Part shown: one piece after another, positions 36,676 through 39,852 of the stretch
How the letters are laid out: every line of letters begins with the position of its first letter
How positions within the stretch are numbered: position 1 is the first letter of the stretch
Notes under the pieces: model-generated
The model's database searches: none
Told to the model about the DNA's origin: nothing
What the model saw: the letters and a program-made list of their open reading frames with translations, nothing else
Translations under genes and position numbers: made by a program
Source: a virus
Lineage: Duplodnaviria; Caudoviricetes
Reading direction: 5' to 3' (one strand)
DNA: 39,852 bases
IMG/VR virus record: IMGVR_UViG_3300037780_000056
Span: 1 to 39,852 of that record

Positions 36676-37779
36676 ATGGGCAGAAAACGGGACACCGATA
36701 ACGGCTGGCCGAAAGGCTGGTACCAGAAAGGGCCTTCGATCTATTTCAGGCTGGCAAAGTATAAAGACATCCTGGGGCCCAAGCCGATCCGGCTCGGCAG
36801 TAGCGAGCGTGAGGCGTTCAAGACATATGCCGAGCTACCCATACACGGAAATCTAACTAACGGCTCGACGCGCCTGGACGACGTTCTAACCCGCTATGAG
36901 GTTGAAGTACTGCCAGGCAATGCACCACGCACCCAGGAGAACAAACGCTACTACATCGAAACACTGCGGAAGGTAGCAGGCCATATTGACGTGCGCCTGA
37001 TAAAACAGAAGCATGCCTGGCAGTTCTTTGATGCATTGAAGCGAAAACGGGGCCTAAAGACTGCGAGGGAGACGATCGGGTGTTTACGCCACGTTATGTC
37101 GATGTGTGTCCGCTGGGGCTATGTGGATCTTAACCTCCTGCTGGGAATGCGATTGCCGAAGGCGAAGCCTCGCCGGCGTTATGTAACTGATGAGGAACTC
37201 GCGTTGTTCGTGAACGAGTACGCGACCCCGAGGATCCAGGCTCACATTGCGATTAAATTAGAAACCGGAATGGACAAGCAGGATATCCTGCTCATCGAGC
37301 ATAAGGATATCCAGGAGGTGGGGTTGCGCCACAATCGCCACAAGACCGATTCCCATGAGAAGCATTATGGCTGGACGGATGAGTTATTAGCGGCCGTGGA
37401 GCTTCTCAAGCGGGCATATCGCAAAAAGAAAAACGACGTCGGGTCCAGGTTCATCTGTAAGACCAGGACAGGCGAGCCATACTTTCCTGCGCGTGAGGAG
37501 AATGGTGTTAAACGATACCTGGACGAGAACGGACACCCGTTCGGGGCCCCCAGCGGCTGGAATTCACAGTGGCAGCGCTGCATGAAGGCATTTAAAGAAG
37601 CCGGCCACGAGGGTTTCCACGAACACGATATCCGGAAGAAGGTGGCCAGCGACACCAGCCTGGTTAACGCACAGGAGCTGCTCGACCACTCCAGTCCGAC
37701 GATCACCGAAAAGGTTTACCGGGTTAAGCCTCGAGTGGTTAAGTTAGAACGTCGAAAGGGATCCAGCACCAAGGATTAG
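36676..37779 (+). CDS. int: Tyrosine integrase
   Basis: HDIR, LLDH, terminal VY; near att; first Arg motif is atypical (TGMDKQD). Confidence 0.9.
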   Translation: MGRKRDTDNGWPKGWYQKGPSIYFRLAKYKDILGPKPIRLGSSEREAFKTYAELPIHGNLTNGSTRLDDVLTRYEVEVLPGNAPRTQENKRYYIETLRKVAGHIDVRLIKQKHAWQFFDALKRKRGLKTARETIGCLRHVMSMCVRWGYVDLNLLLGMRLPKAKPRRRYVTDEELALFVNEYATPRIQAHIAIKLETGMDKQDILLIEHKDIQEVGLRHNRHKTDSHEKHYGWTDELLAAVELLKRAYRKKKNDVGSRFICKTRTGEPYFPAREENGVKRYLDENGHPFGAPSGWNSQWQRCMKAFKEAGHEGFHEHDIRKKVASDTSLVNAQELLDHSSPTITEKVYRVKPRVVKLERRKGSSTKD

Positions 37780-37784
37780 AAGCC

Positions 37785-38072
37785 ATGTCAGACGATATAG
37801 AGCCAATATATGTCCCCCTCCTATCAGCTTGCGGATTTGTGCCTTCTCCGAGCAACAAGGATCCAGTCGAGTGTGTGGTTCGCATACCGATCGAAGGACC
37901 AGCAGATCTGCTCTGCTTTACTGAGGACTGTCGCGGCTGGATGCACGTGGACTTTCCACCTGGTGAGAGCATCGTCTCCGGTGTTACGTGTGATCGTAAC
38001 TGTGGCTGGTCTTATTCGTTTAAGCTGGTACCGCTTCCGACTCTGCCAGAACATTCTCAACCTGGCGTTTAA
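37785..38072 (+). CDS. Hypothetical protein
   Basis: Starts 5 nt after int; AAGGA upstream. Confidence 0.45.
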   Translation: MSDDIEPIYVPLLSACGFVPSPSNKDPVECVVRIPIEGPADLLCFTEDCRGWMHVDFPPGESIVSGVTCDRNCGWSYSFKLVPLPTLPEHSQPGV

Positions 38073-38451
38073 CGCCAAGCGGATCCGCGACTCGAGCCAG
38101 GTCGACAGAACTAATTCCCCGGCCAGTTACAACGACGGTGCCATACCCGAAGATCCTACCCATGATCGATTGCCGGATCTCGACGGTCTCGATCGATGAG
38201 AGCTTCATCTCCTCGGTCGATCGACTGATAAATCCAGTTTTAAGGATCACACGGCGTGATGTGACACCCATCTCGGTCGTCAGGATCTTGACCAGGTACC
38301 AGAGTGCGACGATAAGGGTGATGCCAAGCGTGAGCGGTGCCAGGAGAAGCCACACCCAAAAGGCGAGCCATTCGAACCAGTGGAGTTTAAACAGGCCCCG
38401 GATCTGTTCATTGGTGGATAGAGATTCCTCGATATAGCTCAACGTGACCAC
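38020..38451 (-). CDS. Bacterial PH-domain (bPH_2-like) membrane protein, moron next to att
   Basis: Two TMs, then VTSRRVILKTGFISR..EE...IETVEIRQSIMGRIFGYGTV; start may be TTG at 38442. Confidence 0.85.
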   Translation of the reverse strand: MVTLSYIEESLSTNEQIRGLFKLHWFEWLAFWVWLLLAPLTLGITLIVALWYLVKILTTEMGVTSRRVILKTGFISRSTEEMKLSSIETVEIRQSIMGRIFGYGTVVVTGRGISSVDLARVADPLGVKRQVENVLAESEAVPA

Positions 38452-38565
38452 TCCCTTAGCATTGTTATTGACGGCAATACTAGAGGATAAAAGTGGCCAC
38501 CGCTACGCGGTCAAAATTTGATCAGAATGGAGAGAGTTAACTGTATCGGCATACAGTGGGGAGGA

Positions 38566-38692
38566 GATTTTGAGGGAAAATAGCTACCGAGACCCCGAAT
38601 AGCTACCGGTCGCGCCTAGCGACCCCTGTTAGACCCTTTAAAATGGCACGCCCAGAGAGATTCGAACTCCCGACACCCAGGTTCGAAGCCTG
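38566..38692. repeat. Right att direct repeat
   Basis: Identical to 1-127. Confidence 0.97.
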
Positions 38693-38720
38693 GTGCTCTA
38701 TCCAGCTGAGCTATGGGCGC
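38644..38720 (-). tRNA. tRNA-Arg(UCG), intact integration target
   Basis: GCGCCCATAGCTCAGCTGGATAGAGCACCAGGCTTCGAACCTGGGTGTCGGGAGTTCGAATCTCTCTGGGCGTGCCA, 77 nt, loop CTTCGAA. Confidence 0.95.
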
Positions 38721-38930
38721 AGTCTAAAACTGTCGATTGATGGCCAATTGTACTTCAAAAGTCGGCACTACGTGCCGATGGTGCTCTCCTCGTGCGCGAG
38801 CCCGGCCATCGGAGCTATGGGCGCAGTCTAAAACTGTCAATTGATGGCCAATTGTACTTCAAAAATGTCGGCACTACGTGCCGATGGTGCTCTCCTCGTG
38901 CGCGAGCCCGGCCATCGGAGCTATGGGCGC
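38708..38930. repeat. Tandem ~105-bp repeat (2 units plus 13 bp) containing the tRNA 5' end and hairpins
   Basis: GAGCTATGGGCGC at 38708, 38812, 38918 with near-identical intervening units. Confidence 0.9.
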
Positions 38931-39087
38931 ATGACAACACTACTGTTTCGTGACGGAGTATAACGCAAAGTGTCCGCGCAGGGTGAACTCGGTCAGCGAA
39001 AGATGGCGAATTGTGCCCAGATTCCATAAACATTTCCAGAGATTCGTTATGATCACCAGGTGAGCTTCTCCCCGTGGTGCGTAATCC

Positions 39088-39438
39088 GTGTCAATCGCCA
39101 GCTTTTTTCAGCAACATCATCGTACACATCTTAGAATGTATGAGATTGAGTTTGAGTATCGCAATGGCCGAGGTGCTCATGAACTGACGTTGGCTTATGT
39201 GGTTGCGACGAACGAGACCAAAGCCTTGCTAGAACTAAAGACGGACATTCAGAGGCATCAATGTGAATTGCTCAAGGTTCGAGGCACCACCAGGCGTATT
39301 GAGCCTGAGAATTTTGATGCTTACATCCACAAACAATGGCCGGCACACATCAACACCCTCGATGCACGTAAAATGATCCGCGATCACGACCATCACGTTT
39401 TTGTCCTGCCGCCGATTGAGTTACTTGGGCCCGCCTAA
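39088..39438 (+). CDS. Host hypothetical protein
   Basis: Protein-like ORF converging on the next gene; start uncertain. Confidence 0.55.
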   Translation: MSIASFFQQHHRTHLRMYEIEFEYRNGRGAHELTLAYVVATNETKALLELKTDIQRHQCELLKVRGTTRRIEPENFDAYIHKQWPAHINTLDARKMIRDHDHHVFVLPPIELLGPA

Positions 39439-39852
39439 AAAATTCCGTTTGGCGTGACAGTGAAGCCTTTGAAGTAATTCACTTCTGTGTCATTGGGAAT
39501 CACATGGCAGTGCGCACGATATTCGCTTACCGCGCTGCCTGTCTGATAAACCGAGACCATTAGCAACACCACGAATAAATCTCGCGGTCGGTCGTAACGG
39601 GTGGAGTGTTGGTCGATGATGGATTGCACAACATCGCCCTGGAAGTTCAGCGCTGCCTGCTTTTTACAAAGCGTGCTGGCCATAAAGAGGTTGCTGATAG
39701 TGCGAGCATTGCCCACGTCATCCACCAAGGTGGCTTTGGATGAAATGGGATTTAAGCTTGATACCCACCAGCCAAAAATGGCCAGAGTGACAACTAAAAT
39801 GGCAATGAAAGCCCGGCTGGCGTTTACGTCAGCTGCTTGTTGCGTCTTGCCA
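39435..39852 (-). CDS. Host membrane-anchored protein, 5' end outside the window
   Basis: Frame is open to the window edge and includes TM AFIAILVVTLAIFGWW. Confidence 0.55.
   Translation of the reverse strand, partial: GKTQQAADVNASRAFIAILVVTLAIFGWWVSSLNPISSKATLVDDVGNARTISNLFMASTLCKKQAALNFQGDVVQSIIDQHSTRYDRPRDLFVVLLMVSVYQTGSAVSEYRAHCHVIPNDTEVNYFKGFTVTPNGIF

Larger units (their letters stand above)
79..38692. mobile_element. Lambda-like temperate prophage integrated in tRNA-Arg 3' end
   Basis: Flanking direct repeats contain the tRNA 3' half; integrase next to the intact tRNA; full head, tail, lysis, immunity and replication modules. Confidence 0.96.

Noticed and set aside
38643-38831. 62-aa ORF MARPERFELPT
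   Set aside because: Antisense translation of the tRNA gene
38708-38930. Tandem repeat as CRISPR
   Set aside because: Intervening sequences are near-identical rather than unique spacers; no cas genes

Overview
The window holds an apparently complete ~38.6 kb lambda-like (siphovirus-type) prophage integrated at the 3' end of a host tRNA-Arg(UCG) gene, bounded by a >=127 bp direct repeat (1-127 = 38566-38692), plus ~1.1 kb of host DNA at the right. The minus strand carries the tail genes (fiber with Peptidase_G2-type chaperone, tail tip, tape measure, frameshifted chaperone, tube), the head genes (ClpP-capsid fusion, lambda-type portal, gpW, terminase, a lambda-like cos), a phage tRNA(CAU), lysis genes, and a long rightward early operon (cro, HNH, C4-type antisense RNA, iteron-containing replication initiator, DUF1064, Q-like regulator). 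The plus strand carries cI and the leftward early operon (HNH-like, ParB, xis, int). The most unusual observations are: (1) an early gene with a ~27-codon copy of the tape-measure C-terminus (33/34 nt core identity), overlapped by an antisense gene; (2) a phage-encoded PagL-type lipid A deacylase with a full catalytic motif; (3) a complete C4/CI-type antisense cassette directly upstream of the replication gene; (4) a cI that seems to lack its autocleavage residues and an integrase lacking the first catalytic Arg; (5) an attP-like left junction suggesting tandem integration. All family calls come from motif recognition by eye, not database searches.
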